Positions 1 to 10,149 of a stretch of DNA of 64,000 nt are shown piece by piece. Position 1 is the stretch's first letter; every line of letters begins with the position of its first letter. This DNA is from Escherichia coli. Lineage in GTDB: Bacteria; Pseudomonadota; Gammaproteobacteria; Enterobacterales; Enterobacteriaceae. Location: NCBI RefSeq assembly GCF_030013205.1, contig NZ_CP122648.1, one strand, 5' to 3'. Both the position numbers and the translations under genes were made by a program. Under the pieces are notes generated by a model. The model ran no database searches and was not told where the DNA came from. It saw only the letters and a program-made list of their open reading frames with translations.

Positions 1-146
1 GATTCATTCTTACCGCAGGCGCGGGTTCGAGGTTAAGAAAGCTCTCAGTCTCGACTATCGGCACTGGATAATCTCTGTCAGGCTGCCTTATTCCGAACGC
101 CCACCACGTGCGTCCCGCACTTTCCAGCAACGGATCTGGAGGTAAC

Positions 147-1196
147 GTGCGGGTATTACTTAGACCTGTTCTGGTGCCTGAGCTTGGGCTGGTGGTCCTT
201 AAGCCGGGCCGTGAATCCATACAGATATTTCATAATCCTCGAGTGCTGGTGGAACCGGAACCAAAAAGCATGCGTAATCTGCCATCCGGAGTCGTTCCTG
301 CCGTTCGCCAGCCGCTGGCGGAAGACAAAACATTGCTGCCGTTTTTTAGTAACGAACTGGTGATTCGTGCTGCTGGCGGCGTTGGCGCATTGTCCGACTG
401 GCTATTACGTCATGTTACATCCTGCCAGTGGCCTAATGGCGATTACCATCACACTGAAACAGTCATTCACCGTTATGGTACCGGCGCAATGGTGTTGTGC
501 TGGCACTGCGACAACCAACTGCGTGACCAGACATCGGAATCACTGGAGCTGCTTGCTCAACAAAATCTGACAGCATGGGTGATTGACGTCATCCGTCACG
601 CAATAAGCGGTACGCAGGAGCGGGAATTATCTTTGGCTGAATTATCCTGGTGGGCGGTCTGCAATCAGGTGGTGGATGCACTACCTGAGGCTGTATCGCG
701 TCGTTCGCTGGGATTACCAGCGGAAAAAATCTGCTCGGTGTACCGCGAAAGCGACATCGTACCGGGAGAGCAGACCGCCACCAGCATATTGAAACAACGC
801 ACAAAAAATCTTGCACCGTTGCCTTACGCCCACCAGCAACAAAAATCACCACAGGAAAAGACGGTGGTAAGAATCACCGTTGATCCAGAGTCTCCGGAAT
901 CTTTCATGAAGCTGCCTAAACGTCGCCGCTGGGTTAAGGAGAAATACACACGTTGGGTTAAGACACAGCCGTGTGCTTGCTGCGGTATGCCAGCCGACGA
1001 TCCGCATCATCTGATTGGTCACGGGCAGGGCGGAATGGGAACAAAAGCACATGATCTCTTTGTGTTGCCTTTGTGCAGAAAGCATCACAACGAGCTGCAT
1101 ACGGATACAGTGGCATTTGAAGATAAGTATGGCTCCCAACTGGAGCTGATATTTCGTTTTATCGATCGCGCGCTGGCAATTGGCGTACTGGCGTAA
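147..1196 (+). CDS. ydfU: DUF968-family prophage protein with C-terminal Cys/His cluster (HNH-like)
   Basis: ORF track 108..1196. GTG at 147 is preceded by GGAGGT and gives the 349 aa length recalled for K-12 YdfU. C-terminus carries CACCG...HH...CRKHH. Confidence 0.65.
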   Translation: MRVLLRPVLVPELGLVVLKPGRESIQIFHNPRVLVEPEPKSMRNLPSGVVPAVRQPLAEDKTLLPFFSNELVIRAAGGVGALSDWLLRHVTSCQWPNGDYHHTETVIHRYGTGAMVLCWHCDNQLRDQTSESLELLAQQNLTAWVIDVIRHAISGTQERELSLAELSWWAVCNQVVDALPEAVSRRSLGLPAEKICSVYRESDIVPGEQTATSILKQRTKNLAPLPYAHQQQKSPQEKTVVRITVDPESPESFMKLPKRRRWVKEKYTRWVKTQPCACCGMPADDPHHLIGHGQGGMGTKAHDLFVLPLCRKHHNELHTDTVAFEDKYGSQLELIFRFIDRALAIGVLA

Positions 1197-1209
1197 GTGG
1201 AGAACGAGC

Positions 1210-1962
1210 ATGAACCTTGAAGCCTTACCAAAATATTACTCCCCAAAATCTCCAAAATTGAGCGATGACGCTCCAGCGACAGGCACCGGTTGTTTAACAA
1301 TTACGGATGTAATGGCAGCGCAGGGGATGGTGCAGTCGAAAGCACCACTTGGGTTGGCCTTATTTCTGGCAAAAGTTGGTGTTCAGGACCCTCAGTTTGC
1401 GATTGAAGGCCTGCTAAATTACGCGATGGCACTGGATAACCCGACATTGAACAAATTGAGTGAAGAAATCCGGTTACAGATTATTCCTTACCTCGTGAGT
1501 TTTGCCTTTGCTGATTACTCCAGGTCTGCGGCAAGTAAGGCTCGCTGTGAGCATTGTTCAGGTACGGGATTTTATAATGTATTGCGCGAAGTGGTGAAAC
1601 ACTACAGACGCGGGGAATCTGTAATCAAGGAAGAATGGGTGAAGGAACTATGTCAGCATTGCCATGGTAAGGGCGAAGCCAGCACAGCGTGCAGAGGGTG
1701 TAAGGGTAAAGGGATTGTTCTGGATGAAAAAAGAACCCGGTTTCATGGCGTACCGGTATATAAGATTTGTGGGCGTTGTAATGGAAACCGGTTTAGTCGT
1801 TTACCGACCACGCTGGCACGACGTCATGTCCAGAAGCTGGTACCAGACCTGACCGATTATCAGTGGTATAAGGGGTATGCGGACGTCATTGGTAAACTGG
1901 TAACAAAGTGCTGGCAGGAAGAAGCATACGCGGAAGCGCAATTGAGGAAGGTGACGAGATAA
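1210..1962 (+). CDS. quuQ: Late-gene antitermination protein Q
   Basis: ORF 1180..1962; internal ATG at 1210 gives 250 aa. Cys-rich zinc-finger-like motifs (CEHCSGTG, CQHCHGKG, CRGCKGKG, CGRCNG). Position is immediately upstream of the late promoter/terminator and lysis genes. Confidence 0.8.
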   Translation: MNLEALPKYYSPKSPKLSDDAPATGTGCLTITDVMAAQGMVQSKAPLGLALFLAKVGVQDPQFAIEGLLNYAMALDNPTLNKLSEEIRLQIIPYLVSFAFADYSRSAASKARCEHCSGTGFYNVLREVVKHYRRGESVIKEEWVKELCQHCHGKGEASTACRGCKGKGIVLDEKRTRFHGVPVYKICGRCNGNRFSRLPTTLARRHVQKLVPDLTDYQWYKGYADVIGKLVTKCWQEEAYAEAQLRKVTR

Positions 1963-1993
1963 ATGATTTTTGCTGAAGATGGCGACATGATGT

Positions 1994-2022
1994 TTGCATT
2001 TTTCAAAAAATATGGATAAAAT
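1994..2022 (+). promoter_or_regulatory. Candidate PR-prime-like late promoter (-35 TTGCAT 1994-1999, 17 bp spacer, -10 TAAAAT 2017-2022)
   Basis: Sigma70-like hexamers read directly from the sequence, directly downstream of the Q gene and about 45 bp upstream of a strong intrinsic terminator, as in lambdoid late-control regions. Confidence 0.4.
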
Positions 2023-2066
2023 TTTTTCAACGATGGGCTTTGTATACCCGACGTTAAGAAAAAGTA

Positions 2067-2098
2067 GAAAACCCGCTGATGAGCGGGTTTTGTGCTTT
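2067..2098 (+). terminator. Intrinsic terminator (tR-prime-like) downstream of Q
   Basis: Stem ACCCGC / GCGGGT with loop TGATGA, followed by a T-rich tract TTTTGTGCTTT. Confidence 0.6.
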
Positions 2099-2383
2099 AA
2101 ATGGGGCAATGGTAATGTTGAATCTCATCCCGGGACTCATGTCTGTTAACTTATTATTTAGCTGGTGACTTGGTTATTTGCCTGATGTTTAAAATGTTTT
2201 CTTCCAGTACAATGTCCCTAAACACAATGAGTCTGCTTATTATATTATTAGCAGAGCTATTACGGCCAAAGTACAGCATAAGCTTTTAAAGCCAATCAAC
2301 CAGTCATCAAGACAGACGGGGTTATTCATAAAAACTCTCCATGTGTGATCCGATGGGGCCTGAAATTAAAGCTTTAATATAGC

Positions 2384-2596
2384 TCATGAAAGGTAAACAT
2401 TGGCAGCTGAAGGGCCACGCAGACCATTTATCCGGCAAAATTCCACGCGTAATCCGGTGGTAATTTCTTCTGCATCGCGGAGATTGAGCGCTGAAACATG
2501 AAGCTGGACATCGATACGACCATCGGATGGGGTGATAAGACCCTTGCCGCTTTTGCCGTCAAAGGTTTTGACAATTCCTGTCATTTTACGGGACAA
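2384..2596 (-). CDS. cspF: Cold-shock-domain protein CspF
   Basis: 70 aa [16 protein letters not shown]... with the cold-shock-domain fold pattern; matches recalled K-12 CspF. Confidence 0.9.
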
Positions 2597-2896
2597 AAAA
2601 ATTCCTTAATACTGATAACTTGGCGCACTATACACACGTTCCTGAAGAAAGCTATAGTTTTTTGATGGGGTTGAAGATGGCTGGATGTCTAAAATAAACA
2701 TTGCTTCATATGTTCAACTATGCGTTAATGATTGCGTCGGTTTGAAGAACAGACGATATACGAAGTAGTTTACTAAAGCAGTTCTCATTTCAGGTGTTAT
2801 TCACTTATTCCTTCTTTGAGTCTCTCCAATTAAGTACGAAGTCGTTTCTGTTATGCAAACCATTTATGCCGAAAGGCTCAAGTTAAGGAATGTAGA

Positions 2897-3112
2897 ATGT
2901 CAAATAAAATGACTGGTTTAGTAAAATGGTTTAACGCTGATAAAGGTTTCGGCTTTATTTCTCCTGTTGATGGTAGTAAAGATGTGTTTGTGCATTTTTC
3001 TGCGATTCAGAATGATAATTATCGAACCTTATTTGAAGGTCAAAAGGTTACCTTCTCTATAGAGAGTGGTGCTAAAGGTCCTGCAGCAGCAAATGTCATC
3101 ATTACTGATTAA
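2897..3112 (+). CDS. cspB: Cold-shock protein CspB
   Basis: 71 aa [24 protein letters not shown]... with RNP1-like motif (KGFGFI); long upstream leader typical of cold-shock genes. Confidence 0.9.
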   Translation: MSNKMTGLVKWFNADKGFGFISPVDGSKDVFVHFSAIQNDNYRTLFEGQKVTFSIESGAKGPAAANVIITD

Positions 3113-3393
3113 AATTCATCGCTCGTCTGTATACGATAACGAAGAAGGCTGATGCCTGAGTAGAGATACGGACAGAGTAGTGAATATTGGATCTCTTTAA
3201 TAAAAAGTAAGGAGGTCCAATACATGAAACAATGGCTAGCATATTTGGCAAAATCTTAATCAGGAAAAGTATGCTAACCATTGTGGTGAAGTGCAGGTTT
3301 GCTGAATGAATAGTTTTACAGCAGAAGCTAACTGCTGGCATGGCAAAACAAAGTGCGTAAGTGGATGACTCCCACAAAAAGCACCACAATCTC

Positions 3394-3417
3394 AAACCCG
3401 CTCAGGCGGGTTTTTTA
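3394..3417 (+). terminator. Intrinsic terminator downstream of cspB
   Basis: Stem CCCGC / GCGGG with loop TCAG, followed by TTTTTT. Confidence 0.6.
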
Positions 3418-3475
3418 TTATCTGCTTTAAATATATTATTAAAATATAAAAAATACTTGTTACTAATAAAATCAA

Positions 3476-3646
3476 TCAGGCTACAGCTTTAAGATTTGTC
3501 TGGAATACTTTGTTGCAATGAGGGCAGATCAAAAGGGCACCTTTTTGTACTCTTGAAAAACTGTGTTCTGACTCTTGGGTGCAGTTTGGGCAGGAACATT
3601 TAACGAGATAATTACGGCGTGATTTTGAGTTTTTACGTTCTGACAT
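3476..3646 (-). CDS. ynfU: Small zinc-ribbon protein (CxCPxC ... CPxC), YnfU-like
   Basis: ORF 3476..3697; internal ATG at 3644-3646 with an AGGAAAAG Shine-Dalgarno-like sequence gives 56 aa MSERKNSKSRRNYLVKCSCPNCTQ...CPHCNKVF. The gene name is from memory and uncertain. Confidence 0.45.
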   Translation of the reverse strand: MSERKNSKSRRNYLVKCSCPNCTQESEHSFSRVQKGALLICPHCNKVFQTNLKAVA

Positions 3647-3865
3647 AGGCTTTTCCTGTATAAATGGCCGTATACAGTACACTAAATATGAAAACATTTC
3701 TCGTATTATTATTTTATATATGACTTTCTTTCAAAATAATTACCCACATTTTTAATGTGTATGTTTTTTTAGCGCCGTTGAGAACAACGTGTGCTGTCAA
3801 AACTACCCCGTAGACTCCGATCTTTTCAAACATATTGCACCATCCGTGTACATCGGGGTGAGGAT

Positions 3866-4081
3866 ATGAAATCAATGGATAAGTTAACAACAGGTGTTGC
3901 CTATGGCACATCGGCGGGTAATGCTGGTTTCTGGGCATTGCAGTTACTCGATAAAGTAACTCCGTCACAGTGGGCTGCAATCGGTGTGCTGGGTAGCCTG
4001 GTTTTTGGCCTGCTGACGTATCTGACAAATCTTTATTTCAAGATTAAAGAAGACAGGCGTAAGGCTGCGAGAGGAGAGTAA
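3866..4081 (+). CDS. essQ: Phage holin, phage-21 S-type (pinholin-like), with dual start motif MKSMDK
   Basis: ATG at 3866 preceded by GGGGTGAGGA; 71 aa with a hydrophobic transmembrane core and charged C-terminus; directly upstream of the endolysin. Confidence 0.8.
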   Translation: MKSMDKLTTGVAYGTSAGNAGFWALQLLDKVTPSQWAAIGVLGSLVFGLLTYLTNLYFKIKEDRRKAARGE

Positions 4082-4085
4082 TCCA

Positions 4086-4393
4086 ATGACTCAAGACTAT
4101 GAACTGGTTGTGAAAGGAGTCCGTAATTTTGAGAATAAAGTTACGGTAACTGTAGCCTTACAGGACAAAGAACGCTTTGACGGTGAAATTTTTGACCTGG
4201 ATGTCGCCATGGACCGTGTTGAAGGAGCTGCGCTGGAGTTTTATGAGGCAGCAGCCAGAAGGAGCGTCCGGCAAGTCTTCCTGGAAGTAGCAGAAAAATT
4301 GTCAGAAAAAGTTGAGTCTTATCTGCAGCATCAGTACTCCTTTAAGATTGAAAATCCTGCCAATAAGCACGAGCGTCCTCATCATAAATATCT

Positions 4394-4397
<4 letters not shown>
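4086..4397 (+). CDS. ydfR: Prophage protein of unknown function (DUF1327-like) located between holin and endolysin
   Basis: 103 aa ORF; its stop overlaps the endolysin start (4394..4397), suggesting translational coupling. Confidence 0.7.
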
Positions 4398-5421
<1,024 letters not shown>

Positions 5422-5782
5422 GGTAATATTAAATCGGAACATTTACATCGCGGAATGTAAAATTTAAATAAAAAGGACTCTTCCATGAGCCAAAATTCCT
5501 GAAATCTTAAGGGTAAGATAAAAGGTCTTAATCAGAATGACACGTTTTATTAATAAATAAAGCTATTCTTTCATTGCTGTGTTTTTCTTTACAAAAGTAA
5601 TCCTTGCTATGGGTGGTTAATCATGCGTTAATGGTGTTCTGGTTTGTTACAAATTTATCTGAAGCAGTCATTGTTATAATTTTATTATTTGTACCTCTTG
5701 AGATTTCCTTGTTGGTTTTTCTCTCTGATATTTTTTTCGGACCATTCTGCCCAAGGGCTAATTTCTTCAAAAGGTAATAATT

Positions 5783-5995
5783 ATGTCTAACAAAATGACT
5801 GGTTTAGTGAAATGGTTTAACCCTGAAAAAGGTTTTGGTTTCATCACGCCGAAAGATGGCAGCAAAGATGTGTTTGTCCATTTCTCAGCAATTCAGAGCA
5901 ACGATTTCAAAACATTAACTGAGAATCAGGAAGTTGAATTTGGTATTGAGAACGGACCTAAAGGTCCTGCCGCTGTTCATGTAGTGGCGCTTTGA
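5783..5995 (+). CDS. cspI: Cold-shock protein CspI
   Basis: 70 aa [26 protein letters not shown]..., a paralogue of cspB. Confidence 0.9.
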   Translation: MSNKMTGLVKWFNPEKGFGFITPKDGSKDVFVHFSAIQSNDFKTLTENQEVEFGIENGPKGPAAVHVVAL

Positions 5996-6194
5996 GGTAG
6001 ACAATATTACAAACCATATTCACTTTAGATGCCCGTGTTGTCATGGTTCCCAGTATAGAACATCATCTTTTGATGTTTCTGACATGAATCCTTTCGGGGC
6101 AAAATGTATCTTTTGTAAATCAATGATGATTACATTTGATAATATTTCACAATACTTAAATGCCAGCCGTCTGTCGTTGGATTTGAAAAAGTGA
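5985..6194 (+). other. Zinc-ribbon-like open frame (CPCC...CIFC) with no in-frame ATG/GTG/TTG upstream of the first Cys pair; possible pseudogene or unconventional start
   Basis: Frame is open from 5985 to the TGA at 6192-6194; encodes ...RCPCCHGSQYRTSSFDVSDMNPFGAKCIFCKSMMITF...; resembles the zinc-ribbon ORF at 3476..3646; followed by a hairpin plus T-run at about 6199-6226. Confidence 0.3.
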
Positions 6195-6341
6195 AAATGA
6201 AGGCTCCTTCGGGAGCTTTTTTGCTTGGTGTCTATTCGATGGATACTCACATACTACGGTAACATCATGAAAAAAATCATAGTTTTTTTTAACTCTGAAC
6301 CAGCAGTGGTAGTGCCAGCGATGACTGGAGTTAACACCATC

Positions 6342-6497
6342 ATGCGTGAATATCCAAATGGCGAAAAAACACACCTTACTGTAATGGCCGCAGGGTTTCC
6401 ATCTCTGACCGGAGATCATAAAGTCATTTATGTAGCCGCGGATCGACATGTTACTTCAGAAGAAATTCTGGAAGCAGCAATAAGGCTCTTGAGTTGA
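6342..6497 (+). CDS. ynfN: Small prophage protein (51 aa), YnfN-like
   Basis: ORF track 6225..6497; internal ATG at 6342 gives 51 aa MREYPNGEKTHLTVMAAGFPSLTGDH.... The start choice and the name are uncertain. Confidence 0.4.
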   Translation: MREYPNGEKTHLTVMAAGFPSLTGDHKVIYVAADRHVTSEEILEAAIRLLS

Positions 6498-6668
6498 TTT
6501 GATGCTATTGCATTGATAATTCAGGAAAATTCTCTTTGTCTGTTTGTGTAAAATTTAGACTATCGTATGTTGATTATTGCGATGTTTCATCTTATCTTTT
6601 ACACGTTTGCACCATATAATCGACTTACTGTGTAACTGGAAAGTCATAACAGACTAAAAGAGGAAATG

Positions 6669-6842
6669 ATGAATATTGAAAACTTAAAAACAAAAGCAGA
6701 AGCAGATATTTCTGAATATATAACAAAAAAAATTATTGAACTTAAGAAAAAGACCGGGAAAGAAGTTACCAGTATTCAGTTTACCGCACGGGAAAAAATG
6801 ACGGGTCTTGAAAGCTATGATGTCAAGATTAATTTAATCTGA
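6669..6842 (+). CDS. gnsB: GnsA/GnsB-family small protein (57 aa)
   Basis: Below the 60 aa track cut-off, so read by hand: ATGATG at 6666-6671, stop TGA at 6840-6842; MNIENLKTKAEADISEYITKKIIELKKKTGKEVTSIQFTAREKMTGLESYDVKINLI; AGGAAA Shine-Dalgarno-like sequence upstream. Confidence 0.65.
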   Translation: MNIENLKTKAEADISEYITKKIIELKKKTGKEVTSIQFTAREKMTGLESYDVKINLI

Positions 6843-6993
6843 TGTATTCAATAATAAAATTTATCCATAAACCTCGTTTTTACGGGGTTTTGTTATATTT
6901 GAATGGTTCCGAATATCTAAATCACAATTGTTGATGGTTTTTATTAAACCAATGCAGTCCGGCTCAGGAGTGAGAGAAGCCGGACGTTATGGT

Positions 6994-7419
6994 TTAGCGT
7001 GGTAAGATCTGTGTAGTTTTCTGGATGCTTTCAGTAAATAGTAATGAATTATCAAAGGTATAGTAATATCTTTTTTGTTCGTGGATATTTGTAACCCACC
7101 GAAAAACTCCTGCTTTAGCAAGGTTTCTTCTGTATTCCTGAAATGTGATCTCTCTGGATTTCAGCTTATTAGAGGTCGTTTCTATAAGATGCCTATCCTT
7201 TGAAAATTTGACAGACACAATGTTTTTTAGGCCCTTTAATAACACTGTATTATCATTTTTTAATACAATATGAACATTCTCTGTGGCTAAATAGTAAATG
7301 TAATGTGAGACATTGTGACGTTTTAGCTCAGAATAAAACCATTGATAGTTTAAATCGTTTCGAACTTTATCAAATATTTGTTTAAAAATGACTACCTGAT
7401 CCATAGATAAACCTTCCAT
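6994..7419 (-). CDS. ydfO: DUF1398-family prophage protein
   Basis: 141 aa ORF (alternative start at 7404 gives 136 aa); co-directional with and immediately downstream of the ribbon-helix-helix gene. Confidence 0.7.
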
Positions 7420-7461
7420 GTGATATGAGGGGGCGTAGTCTGCACGATTATCTAAATTGCT

Positions 7462-7695
7462 TCAATCTGGTCTGACCTGTTTTCTGAGCAATTCAGTAAT
7501 GTCACTCTTTTCTTTGTTTGCTTCAGAAGAAACTCTTTTTTCTGAGCACAGTCTCCGGCGGCAGGCTTCAATGACCCAGGCTGAGAAATTCCCGGACCCT
7601 TTTTGCTCAAGAGCGATGTTAATTTGTTCAATCATTTGGTTAGGAAAGCGGATGTTGCGGGTTGTTGTTCTGCGGGTTCTGTTCTTCGTTGACAT
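7462..7695 (-). CDS. ynfO: Small ribbon-helix-helix-like DNA-binding protein
   Basis: 77 aa; segment RNIRFPNQMIEQINIALEQKG...NFSAWVIEACRRRL fits a beta-strand plus two helices as in Arc/CopG-type proteins. Confidence 0.6.
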   Translation of the reverse strand: MSTKNRTRRTTTRNIRFPNQMIEQINIALEQKGSGNFSAWVIEACRRRLCSEKRVSSEANKEKSDITELLRKQVRPD

Positions 7696-7799
7696 GAGGT
7701 TGCCCCGTATTCAGTGTCGCTGATTTGTATTGTCTGAAGTTGTTTTTACGTTAAGTTGATGCAGATCAATTAATACGATACCTGCGTCATAATTGATTA

Positions 7800-8083
7800 T
7801 TTGACGTGGTTTGATGGCCTCCACGCACGTTGTGATATGTAGATGATAATCATTATCGCTTTACGGGTCCTTTCCGGTGATCCGACAGGTTACGGGGCGG
7901 CGACCTCGCGGGTTTTCGCTATTTATGAAAATTTTCCGGTTTAAGGTGTTTCCGTTCTTCTTCGTCGTAACTTAATGTTTTTATTTAAAATACCCCCTGA
8001 AAAGAAAGGAAACGACAGGTGCTGAAAGCGAGCTTTTTGGCCTCTGTCGTTTCCTTTCTCTGTTTTTGTCCGTGGAATGAGCA
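7800..8083 (+). other. Lambda-type cos site (cosQ/cosN/cosB); cosN 12-nt cohesive-end sequence GGGCGGCGACCT at 7895..7906
   Basis: The sequence around 7881-8083 matches the recalled junction of the lambda right and left ends (..TCCGACAGGTTACG | GGGCGGCGACCTCGCGGGTTTTCGCTATTTATGAAAATTTTCCGGTTTAAGG..), followed by the Nu1-like gene. Confidence 0.75.
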
Positions 8084-8629
8084 ATGGAAGTCAACAAAAA
8101 GCAGCTGGCTGACATTTTCGGTGCGAGTATCCGTACCATTCAGAACTGGCAGGAACAGGGAATGCCCGTTCTGCGAGGCGGTGGCAAGGGTAATGAGGTG
8201 CTTTATGACTCTGCCGCCGTTATAAGATGGTATGCCGAAAGGGATGCTGAAATTGAGAACGAAAAGCTGCGCCGGGAAGTTGAAGAACTGCGGCAGGCCA
8301 GCGAGACAGATCTCCAGCCAGGGACTATTGAGTACGAACGCCATCGACTTACGCGTGCGCAGGCCGACGCACAGGAGCTGAAAAATGCCAGAGACTCCGC
8401 TGAAGTGGTGGAAACCGCATTCTGTACTTTCGTGCTGTCGCGGATCGCAGGTGAAATTGCCAGTATTCTCGACGGGATCCCCCTGTCGGTGCAGCGGCGT
8501 TTTCCGGAACTGGAAAACCGACATGTTGATTTCCTGAAACGGGATATCATCAAAGCCATGAACAAAGCAGCCGCGCTGGATGAACTGATACCGGGGTTGC
8601 TGAGTGAATATATCGAACAGTCAGGTTAA
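8084..8629 (+). CDS. nohA: Terminase small subunit (lambda Nu1 homologue)
   Basis: 181 aa MEVNKKQLADIFGASIRTIQNWQEQGMPV..., essentially lambda Nu1 with a winged-HTH N-terminus. Confidence 0.85.
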   Translation: MEVNKKQLADIFGASIRTIQNWQEQGMPVLRGGGKGNEVLYDSAAVIRWYAERDAEIENEKLRREVEELRQASETDLQPGTIEYERHRLTRAQADAQELKNARDSAEVVETAFCTFVLSRIAGEIASILDGIPLSVQRRFPELENRHVDFLKRDIIKAMNKAAALDELIPGLLSEYIEQSG

Positions 8630-10088
8630 CAGGCTGCGGCATTTTGTCCGCGCCGGGCTTCGCTCACTGTTCAGGCCGGAGCCACAGACCGCCGTTGAAT
8701 GGGCGGATGCTAATTACTATCTCCCGAAAGAATCCGCATACCAGGAAGGGCGCTGGGAAACACTGCCCTTTCAGCGGGCCATCATGAATGCGATGGGCAG
8801 CGACTACATCCGTGAGGTGAATGTGGTGAAGTCTGCCCGTGTTGGTTATTCCAAAATGCTGCTGGGTGTTTATGCCTACTTCATAGAGCATAAGCAGCGC
8901 AACACCCTTATCTGGTTGCCGACGGATGGTGATGCCGAGAACTTTATGAAAACTCACGTTGAGCCGACCATCCGTGATATTCCTTCGCTGCTTGCGCTGG
9001 CCCCGTGGTATGGCAAAAAGCACCGGGATAACACGCTCACCATGAAGCGTTTCACCAATGGTCGTGGCTTCTGGTGCCTGGGCGGTAAAGCGGCAAAAAA
9101 CTACCGTGAAAAGTCGGTGGATGTGGCGGGTTATGATGAACTTGCTGCTTTTGATGATGATATTGAACAGGAAGGCTCTCCGACGTTCCTGGGTGACAAG
9201 CGTATTGAAGGCTCGGTCTGGCCAAAGTCCATCCGTGGCTCCACGCCCAAAGTGAGAGGCACCTGCCAGATTGAGCGTGCAGCCAGTGAATCCCCGCATT
9301 TTATGCGTTTTCATGTTGCCTGCCCGCACTGCGGGGAGGAGCAGTACCTTAAATTTGGCGATAAAGAGACGCCGTTTGGCCTCAAATGGACGCCGGATGA
9401 TCCCTCCAGCGTGTTTTATCTCTGCGAGCATAATGCCTGCGTCATCCGCCAGCAGGAGCTGGACTTTACTGATGCCCGTTATATCTGCGAAAAGACCGGG
9501 ATCTGGACCCGTGATGGCATTCTCTGGTTTTCGTCATCCGGTGAAGAGATTGAGCCGCCGGACAGTGTGACCTTTCACATCTGGACGGCGTACAGCCCGT
9601 TCACCACCTGGGTGCAGATTGTCAAAGACTGGATGAAAACGAAAGGGGATACGGGAAAACGTAAAACCTTCGTGAACACCACGCTCGGTGAGACGTGGGA
9701 AGCGAAAATCGGCGAACGTCCGGATGCTGAAGTGATGGCAGAGCGGAAAGAGCATTATTCAGCGCCCGTTCCTGACCGTGTGGCTTACCTGACCGCCGGT
9801 ATCGACTCCCAGCTGGACCGCTACGAAATGCGCGTATGGGGATGGGGGCCGGGTGAGGAAAGCTGGCTGATTGACCGGCAGATTATTATGGGCCGCCACG
9901 ACGATGAACAGACGCTGCTGCGTGTGGATGAGGCCATCAATAAAACCTATACCCGCCGGAATGGTGCAGAAATGTCGATATCCCGTATCTGCTGGGATAC
10001 TGGCGGGATTGACCCGACCATTGTGTATGAACGCTCGAAAAAGCATGGGCTGTTCCGGGTGATCCCCATTAAAGGGGCATCCGTCTAA
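8604..10088 (+). pseudogene. Terminase large subunit (lambda gpA homologue), N-terminal 494 codons only; truncated by an internal prophage deletion
   Basis: GTG start overlapping nohA; protein matches the recalled lambda gpA N-terminus up to ...[10 protein letters not shown], then a stop. Lambda continues YGKPVASMPRKRNKNG, which is absent here. Confidence 0.8.
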
Positions 10089-10149
10089 GGGACGCTTCCT
10101 GAACAACATTAACGCGGTCAGTAAAACAGACTTTGCTGATAAGCGTGGT

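Noticed and set aside
6041-6449. Minus-strand ORFs (6041..6250, 6156..6449) between cspI and ynfN
   Set aside because: They overlap each other and the more plausible plus-strand zinc-ribbon and ynfN frames, and their translations look non-protein-like.
8019-8225. 68-aa ORF overlapping the cos site and the nohA start
   Set aside because: Overlaps cosB and the start of a gene matching lambda Nu1 in another frame; no independent support.
8664-10109. Several 60-255 aa ORFs on both strands overlapping the terminase large-subunit fragment (e.g. 8664..9431 minus, 9271..9570 plus)
   Set aside because: They lie inside or antisense to a well-supported lambda-like coding sequence and show no domain features; most likely chance open frames.
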